A stretch of 64,000 nt of DNA, taken from contig NW_021833241.1 of assembly GCF_006345805.1 (NCBI RefSeq), positions 24,329 to 88,328 on the forward strand, given 5' to 3'. Source of the DNA: Octopus sinensis. Its lineage: Eukaryota. A program made the position numbers and the translations under genes. Below the pieces are notes generated by a model. That model did not search any database. It was not told the DNA's origin and was given only the letters and a program-made list of their open reading frames with translations. Below, piece by piece: positions 40,337 to 55,622 of this stretch; the stretch's first letter is position 1; each line of letters starts with the position of its first letter.

Positions 40337-40714
40337 GGATGGAAGCACTCCGTCGGTTACGACAATGAGGGTTCCGGTTGATCCGAATCAACGGAACAGC
40401 CTGCTCGTGAATTTATCGTGTAAGTGGCTGAGCACTCCACAGACACGTGCACCCTTAACGTAGTTCTCGGGGATATTCAGCGTGACACAGAGAGTAACAA
40501 GGTAACAAGGTAACAAGGTACAGGTACAACAGAAACAGGAAGTAAGAGTGAGAGAAAGTTGTGGTGAAAGAGTACAGCAGGGATCACCACCATCCCCTGC
40601 CGGAGCCTCGTGGAGCTTTTTCCCTCAATAAACAACGCCCGGTCTGGGAATCGAAACCGCGATCCTATGACCGCGAGTCAGCTGCCCTAACCACTGGGCC
40701 ATTGCGCCTCCACA
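40337..40714 (-). mobile_element. SINE family B2 (same head as B1, different 3' body) with a 13-bp TSD
   Basis: Head gtggaggcgcaatggcccagtggttagggcagc; TSD acgggagaacagt at 40324-40336 and 40715-40727. Confidence 0.92.
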
Positions 40715-41643
40715 ACGGGAGAACAGTACCGACAGCATGAATCGAACTTTGATGCCAAATTTAGAAATATTTAATAGTTGTTTCATAATCTTGGTATTAT
40801 GTTTTTAAGCTGATACTCAAATAGCGATGTTTTCATTCGTGTGTGTGAATGCGTACGCGTAGGTGTTTGTGTTTCCGCGTATATATATATATATCTGTGA
40901 AGTTTTGTAATGGAGAAAACCAACATTACTTTTGCGTGTATGTCGAACAATATATATTCAAGTTGTGCTGGTGACTGTTTGTAAAGTTTGTAGCTATTGT
41001 GTTGTATGCGTGCATCTGTATGTGTATGCTTGCGAGCGAAGATACGTATGCCTTTCAAAACAACCCATTACTAAGTTATTTTAAATACACATATATTCCT
41101 TGCATTACATACATCGTTTAACACTTCAGTTAGCGGCAGAATCCCAGGGACACGCTGGCTTTAGACGAAATCTGAAAGACCGAATAAACATCGCCTCTCT
41201 GAAGCACTTAATACAAACAAACTCTCATATATACAATATAAATCGCTATTCAGCATAAAATATCCCTGAACCCGCTGTCACATACGTGTATATATATTTA
41301 CGAACACGTACATAGTTATTACCCATGACCGTATTTAAATGGAAGTCTGTCGCCAAGTATTTTCAGGTAAAACTAAAAAAATAAATAAATAAATAACAGC
41401 TCATGTGTATGAGTGTATGTGCATGTGTGTGTGTGAGCGCGCGGCTGTATATGGATACATGAAGATAGATATATGTGAGTGTGCGTAAGAGACAGTGTAA
41501 GATTATGTTTATGTGTGTGCGTCTTTGCATGATATATGTATATATATATATATATATATAATTATATATTATATACATACATACATACACACATACATAG
41601 ATACATACACACATACATACACACATGCATACATGGGTATATA

Positions 41644-41689
<46 letters not shown>

Positions 41690-42019
41690 GCAAATATATA
41701 TGAATACGTATGTATGTAGATTTAAGTATATGTCAACACATACGAAAGCAAATATATGTACTTGTGTGTGTGGGTGTCTGTATGTGCTTGCGTGTTTACA
41801 ACGAATAAAAAAAATAACTAGAGATAAATTGATTAGCGTTATACTTGCACTAGAGAGGCGACTGTCTAAGGAATGTTGTTAAAATGAATGGCAAGCAATT
41901 ATAAACTTCATCCGATGTCTAACATGCCGCAATACATAACACATACAGCGAAGCTCTCAGACTCTCAAATGTATAAAAGGAAACCAAACACAGAACGAGA
42001 CACACATGAATATATGCAT

Positions 42020-42032
42020 TATATACATATCC

Positions 42033-42086
<54 letters not shown>

Positions 42087-42119
42087 TATATATCTATATA
42101 ACATATATACATATATATA

Positions 42120-42180
<61 letters not shown>

Positions 42181-42222
42181 TGTATGTATATATCTATATG
42201 TGTGTGTATATATACATATGCA

Positions 42223-42260
<38 letters not shown>

Positions 42261-42317
42261 TGTATGTATATATCTATATGTGTGTGTATATATACATATG
42301 TATATATATATATATAC

Positions 42318-42352
<35 letters not shown>

Positions 42353-42393
42353 CTATATACATATACATACATACATCTATATATATACATACG

Positions 42394-42433
<40 letters not shown>

Positions 42434-42455
42434 ATATAATATATATATATATATG
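42020..42455. repeat. (TA)n-rich compound microsatellite with an ~80-bp internal duplication
   Basis: tatatctgtatgtatatatctatatgtgtgtgtatatatacatatg occurs twice. Confidence 0.92.
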
Positions 42456-42861
42456 TATATTTTTGTACAAAGTAACAAGACTAAAATAGAGGGAGTGAAA
42501 GGGAAGTGCATGTATGTATTTGAGTGAATGTGGTGTTTTGACAGAATTAAGTTTCCATCTCCACGAAACACTCCAAGTAATCTGTTGAATGAATACCTGG
42601 AACAAATTATGTAAACAAATGTAACCTAAGATTGATGCTGAGTTGTATGTGTTAAGGAGCCTGAAGTGGGGTGATCTAAGATAGTGTCTAAGTATATATG
42701 TATACATATCTGCATACCTGTACACATTTATCTAGACAAATCTGCATACGCATACATGCATGTATACATGGTTTGAATAGGTATATATATATATATATTA
42801 TAGATAAAGAGAGAGATATATAGATAGTGATACTATCTATTCTCTCGCCCCACCTCTCTCC

Positions 42862-42910
<49 letters not shown>

Positions 42911-43036
42911 TATGTATGCATGCACGTACGCACAAATGTATGTGTGAACGCATGTGTGCGCGTGTATATATATATGTATAGGTATATATATATATACACA
43001 CATATAGTTATACACATATATATATATATCTATCTA

Positions 43037-43092
<56 letters not shown>

Positions 43093-43544
43093 TATACATA
43101 CATATATACAGCCATCCTCCGTCTCATCGCATTCGTTTGTTCTTGCGTTTTAGAACCAGAGAAGTAAAGAATTAGTCAATGAGAAAGATAAAGAAGGAGA
43201 GAGAACTTGATGGAAACACACTAAGTGAGAGTGAGTGAGTGAGTGAGTGAGTGAGTAAGAGGCAGAATGACGGGGAGTGATATATATGTGATGACAAGAA
43301 TGTCAAATAAAATACAGTCATATTTATACACATCATTTCGTACTTACGTATATGTATGTGTACAAAAGATGAAAACTTTGTGTGATAGGATATACAGACG
43401 TAAGGTGAGGAGCGAAGTTATGATGATTGAGAATAAAACTACACTGAGTACAAGCTTGATTAACGCATTCGTGTACTTCTCAAAATTGAAAGACATACGT
43501 TGTAGAGACTATCTTAACAGAAAATACTCTCCTTATAGAGAATA

Positions 43545-43958
43545 CTAGCAGTATCGCACGGCGTTGCTCGGGTTTGTAAGGGAAATAACTATATAAGCAT
43601 TTTTAGAGATGTAAAGTATAATAGCCATCTCAATATGGCTAACCACAAAAGTGGCGGTGTTACTGTGCTTGGTCGTTCTCGTAGATTATTTATCTATCTC
43701 AGATTTAATAATAAATTTTAGAGAGTTAATTCCCTTATATATGCCAAAAATGCATTACAAATGGGAAAAATTGATGGTAATTTTTTTTTTTAATCGTAGA
43801 TTCATCGTAGACGCGCGCTAATACCCAGAAGGGCTCGATATGAATCACGACTATAAGATACCCGGTTTTGGTTAAACTGCACCGCAAAAGGTGGGAGTAG
43901 TTAGGAATCTAAATCGTAGGAGACAGACAGCACACAACCTCACTTTTATATATAAAGA
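43545..43958 (-). mobile_element. Non-autonomous Helitron H1
   Basis: Same A|TC and CTAG|T termini and hairpin as 3673-4067. Confidence 0.85.
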
Positions 43959-44021
43959 TATGTGTAAAACCGCAATTGGCCTCTGTTTATCCCTATTTGA
44001 CCTCGGGGTATATGTTTCTGC

Positions 44022-44258
44022 AAGTCGGCGAGCTGGCAGAATCATTAGCACGCCGGGCGAAATGCTCAGCGGTATTTTGTCTGCCGCGACGTTCTGAGTT
44101 CAAATCCCGCCGAGGTCGACTTTGCCTTTTATCCTTTCGGGGTCGATTAAATAAGTACCAGTTACGCACTGGGGTCGATATAATCGACTTAATCCCTTTG
44201 TTTCTCCTTGTTTGTCCACTCTGTGTTTAGCCCCTTGTGGGTAGTAAAGAAATAGGCA
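44022..44258 (+). mobile_element. SINE family C monomer
   Basis: Complete head, body and gtagtaaagaaatagg tail. Confidence 0.92.
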
Positions 44259-45123
44259 TATGTTTCTGCGTTGCTGTGCATTGTTACCAATGGATTCTAA
44301 GTCGTGATTCACCGACATAATTATTTTTCACTAGCATCTCCGAACCGTCAAACATGACGGCTAATGTTTTATATATAAATATGGATGGTATATCAAATTA
44401 TACACTTGTTAATGTTCACATACAGTCACATACTTCCTTTATACACGCATACACACACATATACTTACACAGAGTTGAAACCCTGATTTTTTATTTTATT
44501 TTACTGTTTTTTTGCTGCGTTGAATGTTCACCATCACACCAGTTTACCATCGCCTCTCCCTTCTTTTTTCATCTATCACCTTTTCTTTTCCCATTCATAT
44601 GTAGTGACGGAGAAAAACACAAGAGAATTATTATAGTAGATTCTCATAACTGAAACGTAGTAATTTCAAACGAGTGCGACACTTTGTCGAAGTAGAATAA
44701 AATTATTTAGATCTTTCTCTTTGTCCGTGTGTTTAGGAGCAAGTTATTTATGATTGTACGGCCATATTTTTCATCTAAATCTTAGCAATGTTCCTCCCAT
44801 TAATTAGGCGTTGTATCATTTTACTTATACCATGAACACCACCAACTCAATGAGTTCTACAGACAACATCGTTATATTTGCCATTATTTCAATATATTGG
44901 TTTGAAATTTTGGCACAGGATCAGTAACAATCCTGAGGAGGGGCTAAGTCGATCACATCGACCCCAATGCTCATTTCTACTTGTTTTATCAATCATGCCG
45001 CAATTTGATCTTAGAATTTAAATAAAGGGCGAAACACCATTAAGGCTTTTGGTTCTTCGTGCTTAACGTTTTTGCCTGCTCACCGATTTGTTAATGGTTT
45101 TTGATAATATTGGTAAGGATAGT

Positions 45124-45590
45124 AAGGCAGCGAGCTGGCAGAAACGTTAGCACGCTGGGCGAAATGCGTAGCCGTATTTCGTCTGCCGTTACGTTCCGAG
45201 TTCAAATTCCGCCGAGGTTGACTTTGCCTTTCACCACTTCGGGGTCGATAAATTAAGAACCACTTATGCACTGGGCTTGATATAATCGACTTAATCCGTT
45301 TGTCTGTCCTTGTTTGTCCCCTCTGTATTTAGCCCCTTGTGGGTAGTAAAAAAATAAATATTTGTAAGGATACTAAGGCAGTGAACTTGTAAAATCGTTA
45401 GCAAACCGGGAACAAGTCTTGGCAGCATTTCGTCTGTCTTCACGTTATGGAGTCACCTTTGCCTTCGAGGTCAACTTTGCCTTTTATAATTTCGGGGTGG
45501 ATGAAATAACTACCAGTTGAACACTGAGGTTGATATAATCCTCTTATACCTTCCCCAAAATTGCCGGCCTTGTGCCAAAATTTGAAACCA
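45124..45590 (+). mobile_element. Two adjacent SINE family C copies (one intact, one diverged)
   Basis: 45124-45362 is near-consensus; 45372-45590 is degenerate; gtaaggata precedes both. Confidence 0.8.
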
Positions 45591-46900
45591 GTGTTTATAG
45601 GGATAGTGTAGTGGAACTGATCATAGGTACGGCTGTTGGTGCTGTTATTACTTGTAGTAGATGCAGTACTCTCTGTTATGGTGTAAGATATAATGGTAGT
45701 TATAGTTAGAGTAGTAACGGAACAAGTGATGATATTGATGTATGTTGTAGTTGTAATCGATCCAATGACAGTGATAATTGTGTTCTAAATTATCAATATT
45801 GATCGGGGAATATGTTGTAATAAATACAGTAATAGTTAGTATAGCCTGCAGTTTTCATAGTGGGTAGTATTAGTAATAGTTGTTGCTTTGTCGATGTCTT
45901 TAATGTTGCAAATCATTGAACATATTTACATAAGTTGCATATTTTTCCCACTGTCTCTCAGCCCTTAGTGCCACCGCTGGCTTAATTCGACTTAAGTGTC
46001 TTCGTACCCTCTTCGTGTAAAGAAAACAATCACAGGATATGATGAAATGTCGAGGACCCCATGGTATATACGCGTAAAATAGACGCAATATTTTAGATTT
46101 GGAATATGATATAATTTCGTTAGCGCAACCTCAGTTTTCCGCTGATACATATCTAACGACCCAGATGGATCGAACGATTCTGACTTTATACAATGTGGAA
46201 TGCTGAACAGAATCGCATTAAAATATTTTGCCTCTATGTCAAACGAATTTTTTTTCTTTTTAAATCATGTGATTATTTCGCAATCTTACATAAATTTGCA
46301 TTCATTAATTAAAACATTTAAAATATATTTACTAACTTTTCCAGATTTTTCTTTTTTTGATATGAAAAATTGTATTCATATTAAATGCGAAAAAACACTT
46401 TGGGAGAAAAATGGGGTCTTTATTTTATTTATACATTTTTCTCAATAACAGTTTTGATGATTAAAAAATATTCAATCAATATACAGGGAAAAATATAATA
46501 TTTTATTCCGAAATTTGTTTCGTTGATTTTTTCACGCCTCTACGTTATCCCTTTTTTTTTATTGTTCACCAATTTCGACCTCCTATGCACATTCTTATTC
46601 TATTTTTTCTTTTGTGGGGTAATCATTAATATTCAACAGTTCAGATATTTTTTATTTCCCAATGTTTTGGCTTTTCACTACTAATGAGAAAATCCCTAAT
46701 CTAATTTTTTCTTCTTTCTGTAGCCATCAAGATAGTTTTTTGTAACTATTAAAACATAAATGTGTCAGATTCAATCACTAAATTTCAAATTAAACCGATT
46801 AAAATTCACTCAAATTCACACCAGTTTGTGAGTGTTGATGAAGTAGCTGTAGAATTAGGGATTAAATCGATTTTGTTCCTTCACATACATATGCACGCGA

Positions 46901-46931
<31 letters not shown>

Positions 46932-47003
46932 CAAAAAGTACACGCTTATATTATATGGTGTTTTTATAATTACTATATATATATATATATACTATAATAT
47001 ATA

Positions 47004-47037
<34 letters not shown>

Positions 47038-47696
47038 TACATATATATATATATATATATAATATATACATATAATATATATATATATATCTATATATAT
47101 ATATACTATATATATATATCTACACTCACACACACACACACACACACACACATACATATATTATATATATATATATAATATTATATATATATATATTCAT
47201 ACACACACGCGCGCGTGGAGTGATATTCATGCATATACGTTACACTATACACTCGAATGTTTTACACTCATGTAGCCACACACAGACACATAGTCTTACA
47301 CGATTTTATACATGTTATAGACACCTATATCACACATTATAGCATACATGCACAGGACAGCTACACATACACATACTTGCACCCATATATTGTACACCTC
47401 TGAAATCACACAAGCAATAACACTTGTTTATGCACGAATGTACATACTCGACCTGGTAATACTATCAGCGAAGAACTCTCAAATGACACAAAGATATCTT
47501 GAAACAGGAGAAAATATATACAGATATTATCATAAAGAAGGTATTCCATGATCACGGCAGCAATGGTTTGGGCCATTTATCCATTCGCTGATAGATTAGT
47601 TGCAGTTGAGAGAACACATATAGAGGCGTAATTTGGGGACGTGCGCTTTCGCACTGATTTGTTTCCCACTGACTGATGAAATATATCTACCGTATA

Positions 47697-48102
47697 AGCG
47701 CAGGAGTGGCTGTGTGGTAAATAGTTTGCTTACCAACCACATGGTTCCGGGTTCAGTCCCACTGCGTGGCACCCTGGGCAACTGTCTTCTACTATAGCCT
47801 CGGGCCGACCAAAGCCTGGTGAGTGGATTTGGTAGACAGAAACTGAAAGAAACCCGTCGTATATATATTATATATATATATATGTATGTGTGTCTGTGTT
47901 TGTCCCTCCAACATCGCTTGAGAACCGATACTGGTGTGTTTACGTCCCCATAACTTAGCGGTTCGGCAAAAGAGAAACTGATAGAATAAGTACTAGGCTT
48001 ACAAAGAATAAGTCCTGGGGTCGATTTGCTCGACTAACGGCGGTGCTCCAGCATGGCCGCAGTATAATGACTGAAACAAGTAAAAGAGTAAAAGAGTAAA
48101 AG
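47697..48102 (+). mobile_element. SINE family A, full length
   Basis: Complete head and (aaaagagt)n tail. Confidence 0.92.
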
Positions 48103-48899
48103 TGTATATGATGGCATAAAATGCGCACAGGCGTATTAGATGTCTCCCGTCGTAATTTTACCAGTTCATATTTAAGAAAAAGTACGCCTGGGTCAATGTT
48201 ATCATATCGTAGGCCCAAATTCTCATACAATAAAAAATGGGATTCTTGATACGTTTGATTGAAAATAAAGCGTTTTATTTCCATGAATTAAATTAAACCT
48301 CTCCCTAAGGAATCGAAACGTAGGTTAATGAATAACTAACAGTTAGTTGACAATTTCTTAATAGATAATCTATAAACTGTTAGCATTACAGCATGTACTG
48401 CAGAGGGCAACATACGGAGGGAAATTCCAGTATGACGAGATATTGTCGGTTTATATTGTATTTCCTGTGGTATATCTATATCCCTTCCTACAGTATTTCG
48501 CTCTACTATTTCAAAAGCTCTCGACAAAACTTATAGTATTTAATTCTACTTATGGATTTTAATAGATACATTTGGAGTTATTTAGAATGATACACACTGA
48601 ATTCTCAGTTAAGACTGATACAGTTTACTGTAGCTCACATCTATATAAATCTCATTTGAATGAAATAATGTTATGCATCAATTACAAACATTACAAAGTA
48701 AGGGAAACTGCAGTTCCTCTGATTCGTTCTTAATACATGCACCGATGTTTGTGTGTCGATAAGCTATATATCAATTGATCAGATTCTCCTGTCCTGTAAT
48801 TGCTACAAGATGCTTTCGATATAGAATCAGTAGTTGAATTGCCACAGTTTTGAATAGCCACAACTGAGGTGTTTACATGTGGAATTTACAACATGTTTC

Positions 48900-49166
48900 C
48901 GGCACTCCATCTGTTACGATGGCAAGAGATCCAGTTAATCCAATCAACAGAACAGCATGCTCATCAAATTAACGCGCAAGTGGCTGAGCACTCCACAGAC
49001 ACGTGTACCGTCAACGTAGTTCTCGGAGAGATTCCACGTGATATGATCAGAGTGTGAAATATCTTTGAAATACACGTACAACGAGAAGAAACGCCCGACC
49101 TGGGAACCGAAACAGCATTCTTACGACCGCAAGTCCGCTGCCGTAGCCACTGGGCCATTGCACCTC
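48900..49166 (-). mobile_element. SINE family B2, diverged and internally deleted
   Basis: gtggctgagcactccacagacacgtg and ccactgggccattgcacctc are shared with 40337-40714. Confidence 0.85.
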
Positions 49167-49717
49167 TGAAACCTACAACATACACAGATAAAGAAATATG
49201 TTTCCTGCTCTGAGAAAGAGCGTGTTATATCTTATACACACAGTTAAAAGATTTCACGAAGTCTGCGGCATGAGAAAACACTCATCTTATCATTAGTTTT
49301 GAGGGACCTATAAACGATTAAAGACACTACTCTTTCTTCCTGACTTAAAGATTAAAAGATACAAGCATAGACACACAAACACACTCATACGAGTGTGTAG
49401 CTGTGTATATTTATCTTTATATCTTGTTTAAGATATTTGAAGGTTTCTAGATGAATAATTCAGCGCCAGTATCTCTTTTTTAAACATGGTACTTATTCTA
49501 TCGGTCTCTTTTCCCGAACTGGTATGTAATAGTCAATCACATGGATACCAGTGCTAAGCGGTACTTATTTTATGGACTCCGAAATGATAAAATGAAAGTA
49601 GACGTCAGTAGTATTTGAACTCAAAACGTAAAGCCATAAGCATTTACGCTAACCATTTTGTCTGTCCAGTAATAATTGTACCTGTTCTCTGTTTTTTTTG
49701 TTAATGATAAGACACAG

Positions 49718-49900
49718 TGAGGTCGTGAGCTGGCGGAATCGTGAGCACGCCGGGCAAAATTCTTAGCGGTATTTCGTCCGTCTTTACGACCTGATTTCAA
49801 TTTCCGCCGAGGTTGACTTTGCTTTTCATCCGCTTTGAATCGATAATATAATATCAGTGCACTTAAAGTACTGATGTTCATGTAATCGATTTAACCCTGA
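49718..49900 (+). mobile_element. Diverged SINE family C
   Basis: gagctggcggaatcgtgagcacgccgggcaaaa...ccgccgaggttgactttgc. Confidence 0.8.
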
Positions 49901-50648
49901 CCCCACAAATTTCTGACATTGTAACAAATTTTGAAATTCATAATAGAAAGCTGTGTACCTAAATAAATTCTGCATAAGTTTAGAAATACCTTTACTCGGG
50001 TAGTGAAAATGCTGTTTTGGGTTCCATTCTCTCTGTCGAGAAAACAGTGACTGAAATATTTTTTTTCATTTTAGTGTGAAATATTTTCCTTCATCATATA
50101 GCGGAAACTATCAACAGGTCGGTGAATTGTTGCTGTCAGCAATAAGGAAATAACTACTAGGCAGTCGAACAAGAGCGCTGACGTGTCGTTGGTTACACAG
50201 TTGAATGGAAATACATATTACGTCATATGACAATGATAATATAGTAAGATTAGTAGATGGGAAATACGGAGTCGATTTAGTAAGCGAAATAGAACGCAAC
50301 AATTACTTAAATGCCGCTTCGCCATGAAATCAGCAACCCACCGATGTAGAGTCTGTTAAGCCCAGAATCGATATAATTAGTTTTCAATAGAAGTCTGAGG
50401 TCGATTTAAATCGAGCAATATTACAACCTTCCCTGAAAAAGTTCCCTTAACGTTACAAATCAATATAAAGCTGTTGAAGACCAAAAAAAAAAACAGACAA
50501 ACAAAAAAAAACCAGAAAAATAAACAAAAAAAACACATCATATAACCTCATTTCTCCAAGAAATTATTGCTGTTTTGCGTTAGTAATAAATCAATTCTTG
50601 AAGGTTCCGCTCTTGATCTGGAAAAAAAAAATAATAACAATAATAATA

Positions 50649-50696
<48 letters not shown>

Positions 50697-51479
50697 TAAT
50701 AATAATAATATAATAATAATAATAATAATAAATAAATATAATAATGATAATAATAAAATATAATAATAACAAAATAATAATATGATGATGATGATGATAA
50801 TAATAATAAAATTAAATAAAAAAAATAAAAAAAAACAAGGAAAAACATTAAAAAACGCATTTTACTCCACTCTAAACAATTTGTTAAAAGCATTTGATGT
50901 TAACTTTTCAAAAGAAGTTTAGTTGCATATCAGTGATTGAGTCTAACTATTCCGAAATTCTTGCAACCCATTCTGCCAAATAATTCTGCATTTATGCGTT
51001 TTGGCTACTGTGTCATAACATACATAATGCATTATCAAATATTGAAGCATAATATACTTCTTGTCACCGCATTACTTATCTCCAATTTTAAATAATTTTC
51101 ATTCCGTTACATCAACTATTATCAAATAGTAATAATTATTATATTTTTAATAGCGTTTTCACTCTTCAACTTGCTTTATAGATTTAATTATGCGAAACAA
51201 AGTTCTCCTATTCTCAGAGTGTAGTCCTCATCAACTAATGATATTATGTTCAAAAGTTTACGTGGAATTTATTTACTAAAATTTCATACGGTCACGTCTT
51301 TCGTAGTGACATCCGTCTAGAGCTAAGCCAAGCTGAAAGACATCCCATGTGACTCCACTTTGTAAGTCATGTTATCAAGTATATGCGTATGTTCGTGTAT
51401 ATATGTGTGTATGTGTGTACGTGTGTGTTTGTGTCTGTGTGCGTCTGTACATTTATCTATTCGAATTAAGTCAGAGTGC

Positions 51480-51526
<47 letters not shown>

Positions 51527-51621
51527 ACCCAAAACTTAAAACAGCTTTAATAATATATCGTACAAATTTAAACAATGATACGTAGAAAAATACCTCGGTA
51601 GCTACAGAAACTAAACAAGAG

Positions 51622-51780
51622 GGGCAGGAGTAGCTGTGTGGTAAGTAGCTTGCTTACGAACCACATGGTTCCGGGTTCAATCCCACTGCGTGTCACCTTG
51701 GGTAAGTGTCTTCTACTATAGCCTCGGGCCGACCAAAGACTTGTGAGTAGATTTGGTAGAAGGAAACTGAAGAAGCTCGT

Positions 51781-51838
<58 letters not shown>

Positions 51839-52135
51839 ATATATATATACATATATATATATTATATGTATATATATATGTGTGTGTGTATGTATGTGTG
51901 TATATATTTGTGTGTGTATATATTTGTTTGGCTGTGTTTCTCCCCCTAACATCGCTTGAGAACCTATACCGGTGTGTTTACGTCCCCGTAACTTAGCGGT
52001 TCGGCAAAATAACCTATAGAATAGCTACTAGGCTTACAAAAAATAAGTCCTGGGGTCGATTTGCTCTATCGACTAAAGGCGGTGCACCAGCATTGCCGCA
52101 GTCAAATGATTGAAACAAGGAAAAGAGTAAAACAG
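51622..52135 (+). mobile_element. SINE family A with a long internal (TA)n
   Basis: Head, expanded microsatellite and 3' half are all present. Confidence 0.9.
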
Positions 52136-53004
52136 AGAGTAACCGGTATCTAAAACGGCTACTGGCCCTAATTGAGAAGAGTAATTACCTAATATAACCA
52201 TGAATAAACCTTCTTAATTAAGATACCATTAATGAAAATCTAGTCTATCATTTTAGGTGTGGGTGTGGCGAAATAGTTTGAGAGGGATGAAAACATGTTT
52301 CTGATTTATAGATGCGTGCTTGTGTTAGTGCGTTTCAAACGTACGTTTCTGCGTATTGTTCATTCTGCAGAAAGTAGTGAACAACGTTTTGGGATAGTTA
52401 TCAAGTTTTAGAGTGAGGCGTCAGACGTAAAACCATTTCAGAAATAAGAATAATTCAATGAATGTCTTAAAATATATATATATCTTATAAGATTGTTTAT
52501 GTCATATAACTAACTACCTATAAATGATATATTAGATTTTTAATGAACCGAAATCATTTATCACCGAAATGCAATAGCTGACAAAGCATTTAACTCAAGA
52601 GGTGAAATGTTAAAACATTAACACAACGTACAAAATAATTTATGTGTGACCACAACTTAAGATACACTTCTACATAACGATTTTAGACTTAGAAAAATAG
52701 TATAAATGAGGTTAGGTATCAAATGTTAATCATACATCGTTCAATGCTGATAGGTTTAATGAAATTTAATGTGAAAAAATGATTAAAACGAGAGGCTGGG
52801 ACGTAGTTCTTTTCAGAATTAGCACAGGAGGCAGAAAAAAAAAGTCATAAATATCAGGTTTGATGGTTGAACAATCACACATTCATGTAGGAACATATTT
52901 ATATATGTTCGTGCGTTTTTATATGCATATTCACTTATATGCATATGCACTTTCGTATTTACGATTAGCAAATTACGTTACTCAAAAGAGAGCTAAGACA
53001 AATA

Positions 53005-53423
53005 CTCTTAACTCATTTACGGTTTTACTTGTTTCAGTCATTTGACTGTGGCCATGCTGGAGCACCGCCTTTTAGTAGAACAAATCGATCCCAGGACTTA
53101 TTCTTTGTAAGCTTTGTACTTATTTTATCGGTCTCTTTTCCCGAACCGCTAAGTTACGGGGACGTAAACACACCAGCATCGGTTGTCAAGCGATGTTGAG
53201 GGACAAATACAGACACACAAACATATACACACACATACATATAGATATGTACATATATACGACGGGTTTCTTTCAGTTTAAGTCTACCAAAACCACAAAC
53301 AAGGCTTTGGTCGGCCTGAGGCTACAGAAGAAGGCACTTGCCCAAGGTGCCACGCAGTGGGGTTGAACCCGGATCATGCGGTTGGTAAGCAAGCTACTTA
53401 CCATACAGCCACTCCAGCGCCTA
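53005..53423 (-). mobile_element. SINE family A
   Basis: Colinear with 3051-3460. Confidence 0.9.
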
Positions 53424-53631
53424 AATGATAATAATTGTATCAGAAATGGCTGTTACAACTTTCCTACCGATCAACAGATAATGTTTATTACAAAAGCTTC
53501 TTTCGATTAATACTTAAATGATAATAATTAGATTCAAGTATTTATTTAAAGACTGACACATAACGTATAAAATACAAAGGAAAAATTAAAGGAATTTCGG
53601 ATTTTTCTTACATATATTTCAACAATTATAA

Positions 53632-53957
53632 AGGGTAAAGACCCCCTTCGGTCATGAATGACCATGGGATTTCACCTAGAAAGTTACCCTCCCAGACACA
53701 AGTCCGGGCAAGGTTGTTTATGGAAGACCAGCAGTCGCCCATGCATACCAGCCTTCTCTCTCCACGCCACCAGTGTTATCCAAGGGAAAGACAAGGGTCG
53801 ATACAGCTTGGCACCTGTGACGTCGCAACTCATTTCTACAGCTGAGTGAACTGGAGCAACGTGAAATAAAGTGCTGTGCTCAAGAACACAACACGTAGCC
53901 CGGTCCGGGATTCGAGCTCACAACCTCACGATCGTAAGCTCGACGCTCTAACCACTA
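53632..53957 (-). mobile_element. SINE family D (tRNA-like head and CORE-like domain)
   Basis: Minus strand: tagtggttagagcg (A-box), gagctcgaatccc (B-box), then tgttcttgagcacagcactttatttcacgttgctccagttcactcagctgtagaaatgag (CORE-like). Confidence 0.8.
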
Positions 53958-54087
53958 TAAGGTTGAATAAAAGACATGTTGATGGTAAAAGGCGATGAAA
54001 CAAAGAGTTGTAAGGAAAGAAATGCTGAACCGATTGTAATGAATACAGCACACGCCCAAAGAAACATACGCACACAGACACATACAA

Positions 54088-54090
54088 ATG

Positions 54091-54127
<37 letters not shown>

Positions 54128-54304
54128 ACACTCACTCACACACACACACACGCACACACTCACACACACACACACGCACACACTCACACACACACACACA
54201 CTCACACATACACACACACACACACTCACACACACACACACTCACTCACACACACACACGCACACACTCACACACACACACATTCACACACACACACACA
54301 CACT

Positions 54305-54341
<37 letters not shown>

Positions 54342-54358
54342 ACACGCACACGCACACA
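54088..54358. repeat. (CA)n/(CACT) microsatellite
   Basis: Direct reading. Confidence 0.96.
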
Positions 54359-55219
54359 TTGATCTGTTTGTGGATCATTGTTTTTCGATGACTAAATTTC
54401 ACTTGTTTGATTATCTGCAATACCTGATCTTAAAATAGCGTGAAATTGGTTGAACACTCCATACACCCATGTATCCATAATGCAAATTGTGGACAGTATC
54501 TTTCTCTACCATTTGCCTAACGGTATAGTCAACCAGAAATATTTCTAAGCAGTTTCTGTCCAACCAATTACATTCACAAGTTATCAATAGTCAAGTTGTT
54601 AAAGAAAAAAGTTATTCGCCTTTGATGCGATGAGACGGTCTCAAACAGGGACACGCCTTAAACATTCCGGTATTCTCACCCTTGAGGCATTCATACATGC
54701 ATTCATATATAATACATACATTCATACATGTTATGACGCACGTTCGGAAGCCTCTACTACTCATCTCTGCCTCTGCTCTTCTCTTCTCTAATCGTCCAAC
54801 TGCTACTCAAATCTGCTCTGGTCTGAACTCTGACGTCTAGGTTTCTCCCACTATATCTACGTATTGGGCTAGCCTACTTCATCATCTGGGAGCGACCACA
54901 CAAGAATACACACGATCTCACACTCAAATATACACAGATATAAAGAACTTTTAGCATTACGTTGGTGAGTCCACATGAGGCCATATGGAAGACATACGCT
55001 AAGATAACTTTGGTATATGCCATACAAGTTGAAACACTGATATGAAGAGAATATCGTCCATTTGGAGGAAACGAAAACACACTTAACTGCACAATGCAAC
55101 TGACCCCCAAAGGTGAAGGGGTAACAATCAAATGTAACCATAAAGGAATAGACAAATTAACATAGCATTCTTTAAAAAATACAATGTCTTTCTTACAAGA
55201 GATTAGTTGAGAGCTTTCT

Positions 55220-55622
55220 TTTATCTTTTACTTGTTGCAGTCATTTGACTACGGCCATGCTGGAGCACCGCCTTTAGTCGAGCAAATCAACCCCAGGACT
55301 TATTCTTTGTAAGCCTACTACTTATTCTATCGGTCTCCTTTGCCGAACCACTAAGTTACGGGGACGTAACACACCAGCATTGGTTGTCAAGTGATGTTAG
55401 GGGGACACACACAGGCAAACAAACACACACACACATATATATATATGTACATATACATATATACGACGAGCTTCTTTCAGTTTCCATCTACCAAATCCAC
55501 TCACAAGGCTTTGATCGGCCCGAGACTATAGTAGAAGACACTTGCCCAAGGTGCCACGCAGTGGGACTGAACCTGGAACCATGTGGTTTGTAAGCAAACT
55601 ACTTAGTACACAGCCACTCCCG
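55220..55622 (-). mobile_element. SINE family A
   Basis: Colinear with 3051-3460. Confidence 0.9.

Noticed and set aside
45600-45900. GT/AGT-rich stretch as coding or regulatory sequence
   Set aside because: Best explained as a decayed triplet microsatellite.
54850-55100. Possible third LINE relic (LRW*VHMR..MED..YAKITL on +) and a degenerate hammerhead-like string on -
   Set aside because: Both readings need several frameshifts or core changes and they conflict; too weak without a database search.
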